Below the pieces are notes generated by a model. That model did no database searches. It was not told the DNA's origin and was given only the letters and a program-made list of their open reading frames with translations. Source: an uncultured Chloroflexia bacterium (GTDB lineage: Bacteria; Chloroflexota; Anaerolineae; CG2-30-64-16). Taken from it: a stretch of DNA of 64,000 bases. Location of the stretch: the NCBI GenBank assembly GCA_963810095.1, contig CAWEMM010000009.1:352001-416000 (forward strand), written 5' to 3'. Positions 1-10,874 of this stretch are shown here, one piece after another (within the stretch, counting starts at the first letter, position 1; the number at the start of each line of letters is the position of its first letter). Both the position numbers and the translations under genes were made by a program.

Positions 1-667
1 ATATCGCTGTCGCCGGCCTCGGTCGATGGCGTGTTCTGGGAGTTCGGCCCCCAAGTGACGCGTGGCTATTACGCCGACGGCGGTTATCATAAAGTCAACC
101 TGTGGGATGGTGCCAAAGTGGTGGATTTCCCCGCACCCATCGGCACGCAGACCGTCTACATCGTGCCACAGAGCGAAACCCACACGCTGCCGCGCACGCT
201 TGGCGCAAAGTCTGTGACGGTGCGCGGGTGCTTCACGGCGAAGGCCATGCGCCTGATGCAGACGTTGGTCGAATATGGCTTCTTCGAGCCGGAGCCCGTC
301 GAGGTGAACGGCGCGGCCATCAGCCGCCGGGAGTTGATCAAGCAGTATCTCGTGCAGGCGCCCCAAGCCGTCGACGAGCCGGCGTGGGGCTACGGCCTTC
401 ATGTCGAGGTCACAGGACGGCAGGCCGGCCGCACGGTCAAACGCACGCTCTGGACGACGCACCCGCTGGCGGACAAGCCGGGTTGGGCAGGCCCCGAGGC
501 CTGGGCAAAGTGCGTGGCGCTGCCGCTCGTGGCGGGTGCTCTGCTCCTCGCCGAGGGGAACTACTCTGGCACGGGCGTCGATGCGCCCGAAGCATTCCTG
601 CCCACCGAGCCATTCCTGGCAGGAACTGGCGAGCCGGGGCTTGTGCGTGCACGAGAGCGAAGAATAG
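1..667 (+). CDS. Saccharopine dehydrogenase-family protein, C-terminal part (5' end outside window; frameshift near 620)
   Basis: ORF 31.. has FPAPIGTQTVYIVPQSETHTLP and TGVDAPEAFLPTEPFL, typical of this family's C-terminus; a natural end ELASRGLCVHESEE* lies in another frame ending at 667. Confidence 0.6.
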
Positions 668-725
668 GCGCCGGCCAGAAACCGGGTCTCTACGCCAGCG
701 AAGCTGGCGTAGAGACCCGGTTTCT

Positions 726-1869
726 TTATACCCGCCGTTCGACCGAGAACGGGGACAGGTCGAGTTCTGTCTTGCCCGTGATCACGAGCTGGGGCACTAC
801 CCGGCTCATCAGCGGCGTGACGATCACCGTCGACTTGAAGGCCGTTGCCAGGACGAGCCCCTGGACGCCGTCGACAGGCCCCAGGTAGGGCCTGCCGTCG
901 GCGGTGTATGCGACCGGCGCAGCCCAGCCTCGCAGAACGCGGAGCCGGTTCAGCGTGGGGAAGAAGCGACCGATTTCGGCTGCAATGGCGGACTGGCCCG
1001 CTTGGGAGGCGCGGCTTCCCAGGTCTTCCGTGTTCACCCCCGCCTCGCCCAGCAGAAAATGGCCCTCCGGGCTTTGACCCACTGCAAGCACTGCCTTCGC
1101 CTCGGGCTGCACTTCTGCCATCGCTTCGAAGAAGGCCGCCGATGAGATATGGTTACGGAGGGCCTGCTCCGAGCGCTCGGTGACCAGGGCCTGCCCATGC
1201 ACGTGGGAGATGGCCCAGCTCCGTCCGAGCAGGCGGCCCAGGTGCGGCGTCCACGCTGCCTGTTGCAAGCACGGCGACGGGTGCGCTGAAGAGGCCCCGG
1301 TTTGTCCGGAGCCCTGTGAGCCGCCCCCCCGACAGCACGAACTCGGTCACCTCAGTTTCCCGGTGTAGCTCCAGCCCGCAGCGGCGGCCCGCGGCGAGAT
1401 ACGCCTGTATGAACTGGAAGGGGCGCACCTGTCCTTCGCCTGGATAATAGCAGGCCCCCAGCGCGGCACGCGGGGAGATCAAGGGCTCGATCTCGTGTAG
1501 GCGCTCGGCGGGCACGAGCTCGGCCCGCACGCCCCCGGCATGCAGGGCGGGCAGCCGGGCGGCGAGTACCTGCCACTGGGCCTCGGTCTCGACGACAAGG
1601 AGGCTGCCGCGTGGCCGGTAGCCCACCTTTGCACCCAGCTCCTCTTCCAGGGTCGCAAAGCATGCCGCGCCGGTCAGGGTCAGGGGGAGGCTGTTCCCGA
1701 GCTCGCAGTCCTGGACCTGCACGCTGCCGTAGTTCGCACCCGAGCCGCCCGCACCGGGCACCGCACGCTCCAGCAGCGCGGTGTGCAGCCCGGCGGCCGC
1801 CAGCCCATAGGCCACCGCGCACCCGACATAGCCCGCTCCAACCACAAGTGCATCGTAGATTTGCGACAT
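726..1869 (-). CDS. FAD-dependent amine/amino-acid oxidoreductase (DAO/glycine oxidase/HcnC-like), frameshift near 1260
   Basis: N-terminal VVGAGYVG FAD motif and GASG-like GGSGANYG in ORF 1153..1869; C-terminal YTADGRPYLGPV in ORF 726..1268. Confidence 0.85.
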
Positions 1870-1906
1870 GGCGCTGCCATCCTGTCAGTAGGGGGAAGAG
1901 GACGTG

Positions 1907-2001
1907 ATGGTAGCATCCGATGCCGCGGTTGTCAACTGCTGTTATTCGCATCTCCTTCTTGTAAACTGCAGATTGACAGTGGTGCCGACTTGTGCTAAGG
2001 T
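1907..2001. promoter_or_regulatory. Divergent sigma70-type promoter pair with palindromic operator
   Basis: Plus strand TTGACA(1973)-N17-TAAGGT with TGn extension; minus strand TTGACA(1935)-N17-TACCAT with TGn; TGTAAAC-N5-ATTGACA at 1960-1978. Confidence 0.7.
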
Positions 2002-2120
2002 ATGGCCGGCTACCCATGCCTAAGCCCGGTGATCGTTCTCCTAACCTTAACCGTGCTGCAACACAAAGCGGGCTGGCCTTCGGCCCCCGGCACGGTGCAA
2101 CCTCGCCACGGAGGAACTGG

Positions 2121-3473
2121 ATGCCTAACAACGAGATTCACGACCTGAGATCATGGCTGCAAGTCCTGGAATCGGCGGGCCAGCTGGCGCGCGTGCGCCG
2201 GGAGGTCAGCCTGGAGCATGAACTGGCAACGGTGGCCGCCGCGCTGGAGCGGCAAGGCGGGCCCGCACCGCTCTTCGAGTGCGTAAAGGAGTCGCCCTGG
2301 CCGGTCTTCGCCTCGAGCGTGGCGAACCAGGAGCGTGCGGCTCTCGCACTCGCCTGTGACAAGAGCCAGGTAATCGAACGCATGCAGAAGGCAATCGATC
2401 CGGCCCAAGGGATCGCGCCCGTGCGCGTTTCGCGGGCTGCGTGGCAGGATAACGTCGTGACGGGCGCCGACGTCGACGTGACGAAGCTGCCCATTCCCAT
2501 CCACGCCGCGGACGACGGCGGCCCGTTCATCACCAGCGGGGTGATCATCAGCAAGGACCCGCTGACGGGGCGCGGCAACCTGTCATACAACCGGATGCAG
2601 GTTAAGGGACCGCAGGAATTTGGCTTCGACCTGAACGAGTGGCGACACGTGCGCCAGTTCATGGACGTGATGGAGGCCAAGGGTGAGGGGCTGCCCGTTG
2701 CCGTCGCCATCGGGCTCGACCCGGCCATCAAGATCGGCGCGGGCGCGCGCTACGATGGGGACGAACTCTACATCGCCGGGGCCATCCGCGGCCGCGGAAT
2801 TGAGGTCTGCCGGGGCGTGACCGTGGACATCGACATCCCGGCCGAAGCCGAGATCGTGATCGAAGGCTACCTCCCGCCCGGCGTGCGCAAGGGCGAGGGC
2901 CCCCTGGCCGAGTTCCACGGCTACTACGGCCGCATCTGGGAGAGCCCGGTGTTCCGGGTCACCGCGGTCTGCTGGCGCAACAACCCCACCTTCGAGACGA
3001 TTATCCCGGGCTGGAACGAGCACGTGTACATCGGCAACGTGCTGCCTCGCGAGCCGCTGCTGCTGAACTTCGTGAAGCACGTGAGCAAGGGCGTGACCGG
3101 GCTGCACCTGGTGCCCTACGGCAGCGGTTTCACGGCCGTTGTCGCCGCAAAGAAGTCGAACCCCGGCGAGCCGAAGAACATCGCGATGGCCGCGTTCACC
3201 GCGCACGTCAACGTGAAGTGGTGCATCGTCGTCGATCCGGACATCGACATCTACAATCCTGCGGACGTGATGTGGGCGCTGACGACCCGCGTCGACTGGA
3301 GCAAAGACATCTTCCTGGTGCCCGGCAGCCAGGGCCACGAGATGGACCCGACCGCCGACACCCGCGGCGTGCACACCAAGATCGGCATCGACGCGACGGC
3401 AGACAAGGGCCGCCGCGAGAACCTGCCTCGCGTGCGCTATCCCGACGTGGATTTGAGCAAGTACCTGGGTTAG
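2121..3473 (+). CDS. UbiD-family (prFMN-dependent) decarboxylase
   Basis: DGGPFIT, AEIVIEG, EGPLAEFHGYY, IVVDPDIDI, VMWALTTR and KIGIDAT motifs; GGAGG RBS before ATG 2121. Confidence 0.92.
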   Translation: MPNNEIHDLRSWLQVLESAGQLARVRREVSLEHELATVAAALERQGGPAPLFECVKESPWPVFASSVANQERAALALACDKSQVIERMQKAIDPAQGIAPVRVSRAAWQDNVVTGADVDVTKLPIPIHAADDGGPFITSGVIISKDPLTGRGNLSYNRMQVKGPQEFGFDLNEWRHVRQFMDVMEAKGEGLPVAVAIGLDPAIKIGAGARYDGDELYIAGAIRGRGIEVCRGVTVDIDIPAEAEIVIEGYLPPGVRKGEGPLAEFHGYYGRIWESPVFRVTAVCWRNNPTFETIIPGWNEHVYIGNVLPREPLLLNFVKHVSKGVTGLHLVPYGSGFTAVVAAKKSNPGEPKNIAMAAFTAHVNVKWCIVVDPDIDIYNPADVMWALTTRVDWSKDIFLVPGSQGHEMDPTADTRGVHTKIGIDATADKGRRENLPRVRYPDVDLSKYLG

Positions 3474-3490
3474 TTCGGAGGGGCGAAACG

Positions 3491-3575
3491 GGACGCAGAT
3501 CGAACTGATTCGACGGATCGACCTGATTTCAGCGAGAGATCATGCAGACCGGTCCGATCAGTTCTATCTGCGTCC
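3491..3575. repeat. Palindromic intergenic repeat, family A (CTGAT-periodic)
   Basis: GGACGCAGATCGAACTGAT ... ATCAGTTCTATCTGCGTCC inverted arms; related copies at 19797, 32494, 44988 and 45141. Confidence 0.75.
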
Positions 3576-5115
3576 TATTCGATATCAGCCCAGCAATCTG
3601 TTTTGCACGCCGGTCAGCTGGCGGGCGACGCGGTCGGTAAACGCCGAACCGCTCGGCGTAGAGGGGCGTCAGCGCCGTGTTTGGCTCGATGCGGCGCACG
3701 GGCGGCTGCAGCGCGGCGATGCCCGCTTCGATGCTCGCATACACGCCGGCACCCCAGCCGGCCAGCACCGCGGCGCCCAGCGCGGCCCAGCTCGAGTAGC
3801 TGGCAACTACGATGGGCACGTCGCCCACGTCCGCCAGGATCTGCGGCCAGATCGGGCTGCCCGTCGCGCCGCCCGACACCCGCAGCTCGTCCACCGCCAA
3901 CCCGGCCGTGCGCAGGTCTTCCAGGAACCACCGCACCTCGAACGCGCACCCCTCCAGGATCGCCCGGCTCATGTCGGCCCGGGTGTGCGCCAGCTCCAAC
4001 CCCGCAAAGGTCGTGCCCGGCACGCCGTCTGGCCCCTGTATCTGCGAAGAGAGCGGTAGGAACAGCAGGTTGTGACTGCCGGGCTCGCTCCCTGCGAGCG
4101 CCCCGTCGAGAAACGCGTAGAGCTGCCGCTTGTCGTATTGGGCCGCCGGGTCGGCCGACTGCCAGCCGTTCTGCAGCCACCAATCGACAATCGCACCAAA
4201 GCCACCGATGTACTGCGTCACCGTCCAGCGGTTCGTCACCGTGTGGAAGCTGATGTTGAGACCCGAGGGGATCACCGTCCGGTCGGGCCGTTCGGCCGTG
4301 CCCGTGATGGTCCACGCGGTGCCCGTCGAGAGCATGTAGCGCCCGGGGACGATGTTGCCCATCGCCATCGACGCGCAGACCTGGTCCATGCCGCCCGCCA
4401 CGACCGGGGTGCCCGCTGGCAGGCCAGTACGGGCGGCTACGTCAGCAGTGATCGGAGCGATGATCCGTCCCGCCCAGCCCAAGCCGGCCTGCGTGTGCCG
4501 GTCGACGCCCCCGAGCGCACACAACTCCTCATTCCAGCGCCCCTCATTGATGTCCACCAGCAGCATTTCGGCCGCGGCCGACAGGTCGGTGGCGAGAGAG
4601 CCTGTCAGGCGGCGGATGAGGAAGTCCGCCGGGCCGAGGTAGCAGGCGGCCGCGGCATGCACGTCGGGCCGGTTCTCCTTGAGCCATGCGATGCTCGGCA
4701 GCGGCAAGCCGGGGAAGGGGTGCCAGCCGCTGAGCCGGGTGATCGTGTCCGCGGTCCCGTCCGCGTACCACTGCTTCATCAGGGCGTTGCAGCGGGTGTC
4801 GAGCCACGTAATCATCGGGTAGACCGGGTCGCCGTTTGCGTCGGCCGGGATGATGGAGCCGCCCTGGGCCGCGAGCGCGAGTGCGAGGATGCGATAGCCG
4901 GGTCCCTCGCCCGCGGCGGCGGCCAGCTTCGCCAGCACGTCGAGGAGCGCCTGCCACACCAGCTCCGAATCCTGCTCGACCCAGCCCGGCTGGGGCGTGA
5001 GGAAGCCGTAGTCGTGGCTGGCAATGGCGATTTCGCCGCCGGCCGCGTCGAAGAGGATGCCCTTTGTCGATGAAGTGCCGATGTCGATTCCGATGATTGC
5101 GTCGCGCATGGTCAT
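3529..5115 (-). CDS. FGGY-family carbohydrate kinase (xylulokinase-like); exact 3' end uncertain
   Basis: [33 protein letters not shown] and [17 protein letters not shown] motifs. Confidence 0.9.
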   Translation of the reverse strand: MTMRDAIIGIDIGTSSTKGILFDAAGGEIAIASHDYGFLTPQPGWVEQDSELVWQALLDVLAKLAAAAGEGPGYRILALALAAQGGSIIPADANGDPVYPMITWLDTRCNALMKQWYADGTADTITRLSGWHPFPGLPLPSIAWLKENRPDVHAAAACYLGPADFLIRRLTGSLATDLSAAAEMLLVDINEGRWNEELCALGGVDRHTQAGLGWAGRIIAPITADVAARTGLPAGTPVVAGGMDQVCASMAMGNIVPGRYMLSTGTAWTITGTAERPDRTVIPSGLNISFHTVTNRWTVTQYIGGFGAIVDWWLQNGWQSADPAAQYDKRQLYAFLDGALAGSEPGSHNLLFLPLSSQIQGPDGVPGTTFAGLELAHTRADMSRAILEGCAFEVRWFLEDLRTAGLAVDELRVSGGATGSPIWPQILADVGDVPIVVASYSSWAALGAAVLAGWGAGVYASIEAGIAALQPPVRRIEPNTALTPLYAERFGVYRPRRPPADRRAKQIAGLISNRTQIELIGPVCMISR

Positions 5116-5891
5116 GCCCCCTTCAAGACGGCGAGCGCTTCGCCGGCAGTCGCCCCGCCATGTACGATCGCCGCAATAGCAGCGGTCATACGCCGGGGGT
5201 CGTCCGCCTGGAACACGTTACGGCCGATGGCGACCCCGGCCGCGCCGGCCTGCCCCGCAGCCCGGATGCTCTCGAGCATCATTTCGGGCTGGTCCTGGCG
5301 CGCGCCGCCCAGGATCACCACGGGCACGTAACAGGTCTCGACCACCCGATCAAAGGGGGCCGCGTAGGGCACCTTAACCCAGTCTGCCCCTAACTCTGCG
5401 GCCACCCGGGCGCTCAGCGCGATATTCTCGACGGTGAAGAAGGCCGGTCCAGCGTCAAAACCGCCCGGCTGCATCTCTGCCAGTACGGGTAAGCCCCACG
5501 CGTGCGCCTCTGCGATGACGTGCGCCAGCGTCCGCAGTGTCTCGCGCTCCTGGGGCGTGCCGGGAAACGCCGAGACCACGACCGCGTCCGCGCCAATGCG
5601 CAGGGCATCCTCCACCGTGTAGAACTGGGCCCCCGGGCCCGATGCACCCAGCTTCGTCCCCCCGCCGTCTAGCCGCACGATCAAGCCGGCAGGGGCGAGT
5701 TCGTCGGCGAAGCGGGTGGCCACGCCGAAGCTCGTGAGAATGGCGTCCGCGCCGCCTGCAACAATTTGGCGTAGCGTGTCGCCCGGTCGTTCGATGCCAG
5801 GGATCGGCCCGTCGATCAATCCGTGATCGAATGCGACGATGACGGCTCGGCCGTCAGCGTTGAAAATGCGGCGTATGCGACGATTGAACAC
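5112..5891 (-). CDS. Class I aldolase, DhnA/LsrF family
   Basis: [17 protein letters not shown] (Schiff-base Lys) and GRNVFQ motifs; AGGAG RBS before GTG 5891. Confidence 0.88.
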   Translation of the reverse strand: MFNRRIRRIFNADGRAVIVAFDHGLIDGPIPGIERPGDTLRQIVAGGADAILTSFGVATRFADELAPAGLIVRLDGGGTKLGASGPGAQFYTVEDALRIGADAVVVSAFPGTPQERETLRTLAHVIAEAHAWGLPVLAEMQPGGFDAGPAFFTVENIALSARVAAELGADWVKVPYAAPFDRVVETCYVPVVILGGARQDQPEMMLESIRAAGQAGAAGVAIGRNVFQADDPRRMTAAIAAIVHGGATAGEALAVLKGA

Positions 5892-5934
5892 GTTGCTCCT
5901 CAGGCTTCCTGTGTGAATGCCGGCGCGCGATGGT

Positions 5935-6018
5935 AACCACAAGGAACCAAAGACACGAAGGGACACAAAGCCCTGCCCGCCAACTTGGCGCATCTTTGGT
6001 TCTTCGTGTCTTTGTGTT
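5935..6018. repeat. Palindromic intergenic repeat, family B (CACAAAG/CACGAAG-periodic)
   Basis: ACCACAAGGAACCAAAGACACGAAGGGACACAAAG ... CTTTGGTTCTTCGTGTCTTTGTG. Confidence 0.7.
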
Positions 6019-6054
6019 CTGTTAGCAGCCATCTTCTATAGGAGACCTCTCCGC

Positions 6055-6819
6055 CTACCGGGGGCCCGCTTCCAGCACCCGCAGGCCCGCGTCGACCGGC
6101 AGGAGGATGCCGGTGATGTAGCTCGCTGCAGGCGACGCGAGGAAGACGGCCGCGGCGGCCAGTTCCTCCGGCTCGCCGTAGCGCTTGAACGGAATGAACC
6201 GCTCGAGCTCGGCCGCGACGGCCTCGGGCATCTTGCCCAGAAGCATTTCGGTGCGGAAGAGGCCGGGCGCGATCGCGTTGACGCGGATGTGATAGGGCGC
6301 CAGGTCGAGGGCCATGGCCTTGGTCAGGCTTTCCAGGCCGCCCTTGCTCGCCGCGTACGCGGTGCGCCCCGGGATGGTCTGCTGGGCCAGGATCGAGGTG
6401 ATGTGGATGATCGCGCCCTGCTGCCTGGGCGCCATGCGCCGGGCGACGAGTTGGCTCAGGTAAAACACGCCGCGCAGGTTTGTGTTCAACACCTTGTCCA
6501 GGTCGTCGAGATTGACATCCAGGAAGCGGTTGTGATCGACCGCGCCCGCGTTGTTCACGAGCACGCCAATGGGGCCGATGGCTTCGGCCGCGGCGACCAT
6601 CCGCTCGCAGTCTCCTGTCTGGCTGACATCCGCCTGGCACGGAGTGGCCAGGCCGCCCGCGGCCGCGATTTCGGCAACCGTCTCGGCTGCGCCGGCTTCG
6701 TCTGCCCGGTAGTTCACGATCACGTGCGCGCCCCGTGCGGCGAACGCCTTGGCGACGGCTCGCCCGATTCCCCGGGAGGCGCCGGTGACCAGTGCGACGG
6801 CGCCCGTAAACTCAGCCAT
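6055..6819 (-). CDS. Classical short-chain dehydrogenase/reductase (FabG-like)
   Basis: TGASRGIG, NNAG, YAASK and VNAIAPG motifs. Confidence 0.92.
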   Translation of the reverse strand: MAEFTGAVALVTGASRGIGRAVAKAFAARGAHVIVNYRADEAGAAETVAEIAAAGGLATPCQADVSQTGDCERMVAAAEAIGPIGVLVNNAGAVDHNRFLDVNLDDLDKVLNTNLRGVFYLSQLVARRMAPRQQGAIIHITSILAQQTIPGRTAYAASKGGLESLTKAMALDLAPYHIRVNAIAPGLFRTEMLLGKMPEAVAAELERFIPFKRYGEPEELAAAAVFLASPAASYITGILLPVDAGLRVLEAGPR

Positions 6820-7792
6820 TCCCGTTGCCTCCGGCTTTGCCGCCGAAGAACGAGCGTTTCAGCACGGCCACGTCGACATGGCCGGCCGAAAAGGTGCGGC
6901 CGGTGGTCAGGTTCGTCATGTGGAGCACGGCAGGGCGTGTGCATGTCGGCAGGGATCGCGTGGAAGTCGTAGTTCGCTTCCTGGTAGAGCTGCGAGAACG
7001 ACTTGCCGCCGATGCGGGAGGCCGAGGTGACGATTGCAGGCACGACCTGGGCGAGCAGGTCGTCCGTCCGCCTCGACGTACAGGCTCACCTCGCCGCCAT
7101 AGATCAGCGCGTCGTTGATCCGCCCGAACGAAGTCAGCTCGTCATGGGTCAGGGGGGGGATGGGCGCGACGCAGGAGGCGAAGCGGATGCAGCGAAGGTC
7201 GAACTCGGCCAATGCCAGCCGGTGCATGGTGAGTTCCACCACCGCGGGCAGGCACCTGCACGGTCGAGATCAGGCACGCGTGCTTGGAAGCGAGGATGTA
7301 CAGGTTCTCTGGCTGCAAGCCGCACGCGTCGGCCATCTTCTGCGCCATTTCCTCGGTGACCGGGCGGGTCATCTGCACGGTCACGACGCCCTCGTGATAG
7401 CGGTCCCGGTAGCTGATGTAGTCGAAATAGTGGTCGGGCTCGTGGTTGAGCGCGCGGGCCGGGCCCGAGAGCACGGGCGCGTCCGGTTCCTTCGCAAGGA
7501 CCCAGCCCGCCACCTGGCACCCCATGCAGGCTTCGAGCGCTCGGTTGACCATGACGCGGACGCCGGGCACCCGGATGTCGCCGAGGGGGAAGCTCTCGTA
7601 GCTGACCTCGGCCAGGTTACCGAGAGTCACCCGCGTGAAATACTTGGCCGCTTCCCAGCTGCCCGGCGCCTTCTGCCCCATGTCGATGAGCGTCGCACCA
7701 TTGGGGAAGTGCGAGACCTCGACCCCCAGCGCCTCGGGCGCGGCGAGGATCTCCCGGATCAGTTTCATGGTTTCGGCGTTGACACTTAGCAT
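6812..7792 (-). CDS. mch: Methenyltetrahydromethanopterin cyclohydrolase (Mch)-family protein, copy 1 (about 3 frameshifts)
   Basis: MLSVN...GATLIDMG, CQVAGW, LSGPARAL, STVQVPAR(V)VE, APIPP, GRINDALIYGG and GKSFSQLYQEANYDFHAI across ORFs 7142..7792, 6916..7242 and 6720..7043. Confidence 0.82.
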
Positions 7793-7834
7793 GTGGTCAC
7801 CCCTTTAGTGGTTTCCATGACGAGAGTCAGACGG

Positions 7835-7904
7835 AACCACAAAGGTTCACAAAGGACGATTCCTTCAGCCTTGTGGACCTTCGTGGCTTGGTGTCTTTGT
7901 GGTT
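7835..7904. repeat. Palindromic intergenic repeat, family B
   Basis: AACCACAAAGGTTCACAAAGG ... CCTTCGTGGCTTGGTGTCTTTGTGGTT. Confidence 0.7.
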
Positions 7905-8605
7905 AGCTTCGCGGTGTCAAGGAGCGTTTCTTGAAGGTCGGCCAGAAACTGGGCCGCGGTGGCGCCGTCGATGAAACGATGGTCGTAGCTGAGGCTGAAC
8001 CACGCCGTTTCGCGTGCCGTAACCTGGCCTTCCCAGATGACCGGCCGCAGCTTCGCCGCGCCGACCAGCAGGACCGCGCTCTCGGGCGGCCGCGGGATCG
8101 GGACGCCCCCATCGACGCCGTACATACCCAGGTTGCTGACGGTGAACGTGCCGCCCTCGATATCGACCATCTTCAGCTTGCCGCTGCGCGCGCGCGCCGC
8201 CCGGTCCTTCGCCGCCTCGTCGATCTCGAAGACTGACAGGGCCTGGCGCGTTGGGGATGACGGCCACGATCAGCCCGTCGGGCACCGCCACTGCCATGCC
8301 GAGATTGACCGGCTCGTAGAGCAGCATCTCGTCTTCCAGCAGTTCGGCGTTCAGCAGCGGATGCTGCGGGAGGTACGCGGCGACCGCGCACAGGATCAGG
8401 CTGTTGAGCGAGACCGGCGTGCCCTCGGCGGCCTGAGTACCGGCGCACGTCCTGCGCCGCCTGCAAGTCCACCTCGCGGCTGATCTGGCTCAGAGCGGCG
8501 GTGGCGACCGCAGCTTTCATGCCGCGCGCCATGGCCTTGCGCACCACGCCGAGCTTACGGGTTTCCCGAACCGGCACCCCGCGGCGGCGAGACCGTCGTG
8601 CCCAC
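7865..8605 (-). CDS. 2-oxoacid dehydrogenase E2 acyltransferase, catalytic domain only (frameshifted)
   Basis: VRKAMARGM, VNLGMAVAVPDGLIV, GGTFTVSNLGMYG and LSYDHRFIDGA across three frames. Confidence 0.8.
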
Positions 8606-8847
8606 TACGCCGCCTCTTCGATGATGCAGATGGGCGTCCCGACGGCTACTTCTTCCGTCCCCTCGGGCACGAGGATCTTGCTCAGCACGCCGCCGACGGG
8701 CGACTCGAGCTCGTTGGTGATCTTTTCGGTCGCAATTTCGACGAGAATCTCGCCTTGGGCCACCGAGTCGCCCTCGGCCTTGCGCCAGGCGCCAACGGTG
8801 CCCGAGTCCATGGTCAGGCCCCACTTGGGCATGATCACTTCAGTCAT
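8605..8847 (-). CDS. Stand-alone lipoyl-domain protein
   Basis: MPKWGLTMDSGTVGAW...EIATEKITNELESP (lipoyl-Lys motif); ends at a TAG after about 80 aa. Confidence 0.85.
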   Translation of the reverse strand: MTEVIMPKWGLTMDSGTVGAWRKAEGDSVAQGEILVEIATEKITNELESPVGGVLSKILVPEGTEEVAVGTPICIIEEAA

Positions 8848-8910
8848 GACGGAATCCTTTCGCGTTTCTCCCTGCCAAGTGCCGCGCACCTTGGAAGATG
8901 CCCCGCACTT

Positions 8911-9888
8911 TCAGCCCGCCATCACTTTGCGGACCGCGGCCTTGATGTCTTCCTTGCCCGGCAGCACGATCTTTTCCAGCGGCACGGAGAAGGGAATGGG
9001 CGTGTCTAGCCCGCACACCCGGGCCACAGGCGCCTTCAGCGACCGGAATGCCTCTTCGGAGATGACCGCGCTGACGTCCGACGCCAGGCTGCCGATCTTG
9101 GGCGCTTCGTTCGCCACGACCGCACGGCCCGTCTTGGTCACCGACTCCAGCACCGTCTCCGTATCCCAGGGGCGCAGGGTTCGGAGGTCCACAACCTCCA
9201 CCGAGATACCTTCCGCCGCAAGCTCGTTGGCCGCGGCCAGCGCTTCCTGCGTCATGCGCAGGGAGCCGACGACGGTGACGTCGGCGCCTTCACGCGCCAC
9301 GTTCGCCTTGCGCAGCGGCACCGTGTACTTCTCGTCGGGCACCTCGCCTTTGATGCGGTAAAGCGCCTTGTGCTCGAGGAAGAGGACCGGGTTGTCGTCC
9401 TCGATGCTGGCGATCATGAGCCCCTTCGCGTCGTAGGGCGTGGCCGGCCCAACGACCACCAGGCCGGGCACGTTCATAAACCAGCCTTCGACCGACTGCG
9501 AATGGTGTGGGCCGCCGCCGAAGCCGCCGCCCGCCGCGGTGCGCACGACGATCGGCGACTTGAATTGGCCGTCGAACATGTAATGCATCTTGGCCGCGTT
9601 GTTGACAAGCTGATCGTAGCACGTCGTCAGGAAGTCGGCGAACATGATCTCGGCGACCGGGCGCATACCCACCATCGCCGCGCCGACCGCGCTGCCGACG
9701 ATGGCCGCCTCGGACAGCGGCGTGTCGCGCACCCGCTCGTCGCCGTACTTGGCCCACAGCCCCTTGGTCACGCCGAAGTCGCCGCCCATGCGGCCGATGT
9801 CTTCGCCGAGCAGGAATACCTTGTCGTTCTCGGCCATCATCAGGTCGAGCGCGTTGTTCAGTGCCTGGACGAGGGTCATGGTCTTCAT
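8911..9888 (-). CDS. 2-oxoacid/acetoin dehydrogenase E1 beta subunit
   Basis: GEDIG, DTPLSEAAIVG, AEIMFADF, HHSQS, DAKGL and FLEHKALY motifs. Confidence 0.93.
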   Translation of the reverse strand: MKTMTLVQALNNALDLMMAENDKVFLLGEDIGRMGGDFGVTKGLWAKYGDERVRDTPLSEAAIVGSAVGAAMVGMRPVAEIMFADFLTTCYDQLVNNAAKMHYMFDGQFKSPIVVRTAAGGGFGGGPHHSQSVEGWFMNVPGLVVVGPATPYDAKGLMIASIEDDNPVLFLEHKALYRIKGEVPDEKYTVPLRKANVAREGADVTVVGSLRMTQEALAAANELAAEGISVEVVDLRTLRPWDTETVLESVTKTGRAVVANEAPKIGSLASDVSAVISEEAFRSLKAPVARVCGLDTPIPFSVPLEKIVLPGKEDIKAAVRKVMAG

Positions 9889-10860
9889 CGGGACGCAACC
9901 TCCCAGCCGACGTACACGTTGGCAGTCGCCTTGACCGGGTCGGGCTGCGGGCTCTGCATCGCGAAAGCGATCCAGCTCTCGACCAGCGCGTCGATCTCGG
10001 TCTTGATCTGGTTCAGCTCTTCCTCGGTGGCAATCGCCTGCGGCAGTCATGCGCTGCCGGGCCAGCATGATCGGGTCGTGCTCTTCGCGGAAGTAGCTTC
10101 ACCTCGTCCGCGGGGCGGAACTCGCCGCTGAACAGGCCCTGCCAGCGCCAGGTCTTGTATTCGACGAAGTACGGCCCCTTGCCGGCGCGGATGTGGGCCA
10201 CGGCCTCTTCGGTCGCCCGGTATGCGGCTGCGATGTCGTTGCCGTCGACCTGGACCGCAGGGATGCGGTACGCGGCGGCGAACTCGCACAGGTCACTCGT
10301 GGCGTGGCTGAACGCGACCGGGGTGGAGATGGCGTAGCCGTTGTTGACGCAGCAGTAGAGCACCGGCGCCTTCCACGTGCTCGCAAGGTTCATGCTTTCG
10401 TGCCACTCGCCGCGGCCCGAGGTCCCGTCGCCAACGATCACCGCCGCGACGCGGTCCGTCCCCTGCAGCTTCCAGCCCAGCGCCGCGCCCAGGGCCGTCA
10501 CCATCATCGACCCTTCGACGGCGTTGTTGCCGAAGTTGCCCACCGACGCGTCGGCGGAGTGCAGCGAGCCGCCTTTGCCGCTGCAAACGCCCGTCGCCGG
10601 CCGAACAGCTCGGCCATGATGCGCTCGCCGGGTGTGCCCGCGAGGATCAGCAGGCCGTGACAGCGGTGGTCGGGGAAGAAGCAGTCGGTGTGCTGCAGGT
10701 TCGCAGCGATGGCCGCCTGCGTCGCCTCCTGGCCCAGCCCGGTGTGGAGCATGCCGGGCACGTTGCCGCGTTTGAACTCGCGCTCCAGGCCGAGCTCAAA
10801 CGCCCGGACCCGGCACATGTCGCCATAGAGCTTGATTGCAAGTTCGGGATTCAAATCCAT
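9885..10860 (-). CDS. 2-oxoacid/acetoin dehydrogenase E1 alpha subunit (frameshifted)
   Basis: GMLHTGLGQEA, DHRCHG, TPP motif GDG...NNGYAIST and VDGND. Confidence 0.85.
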
Positions 10861-10874
10861 GGAGCCCCTCCTGT

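Noticed and set aside
8578-8607. Read-through of the TAG (e.g. pyrrolysine) joining lipoyl and catalytic E2 domains
   Set aside because: Read-through gives an implausible WARRSRRR linker; an overlapping GTG start plus one indel is simpler; no pyl genes seen
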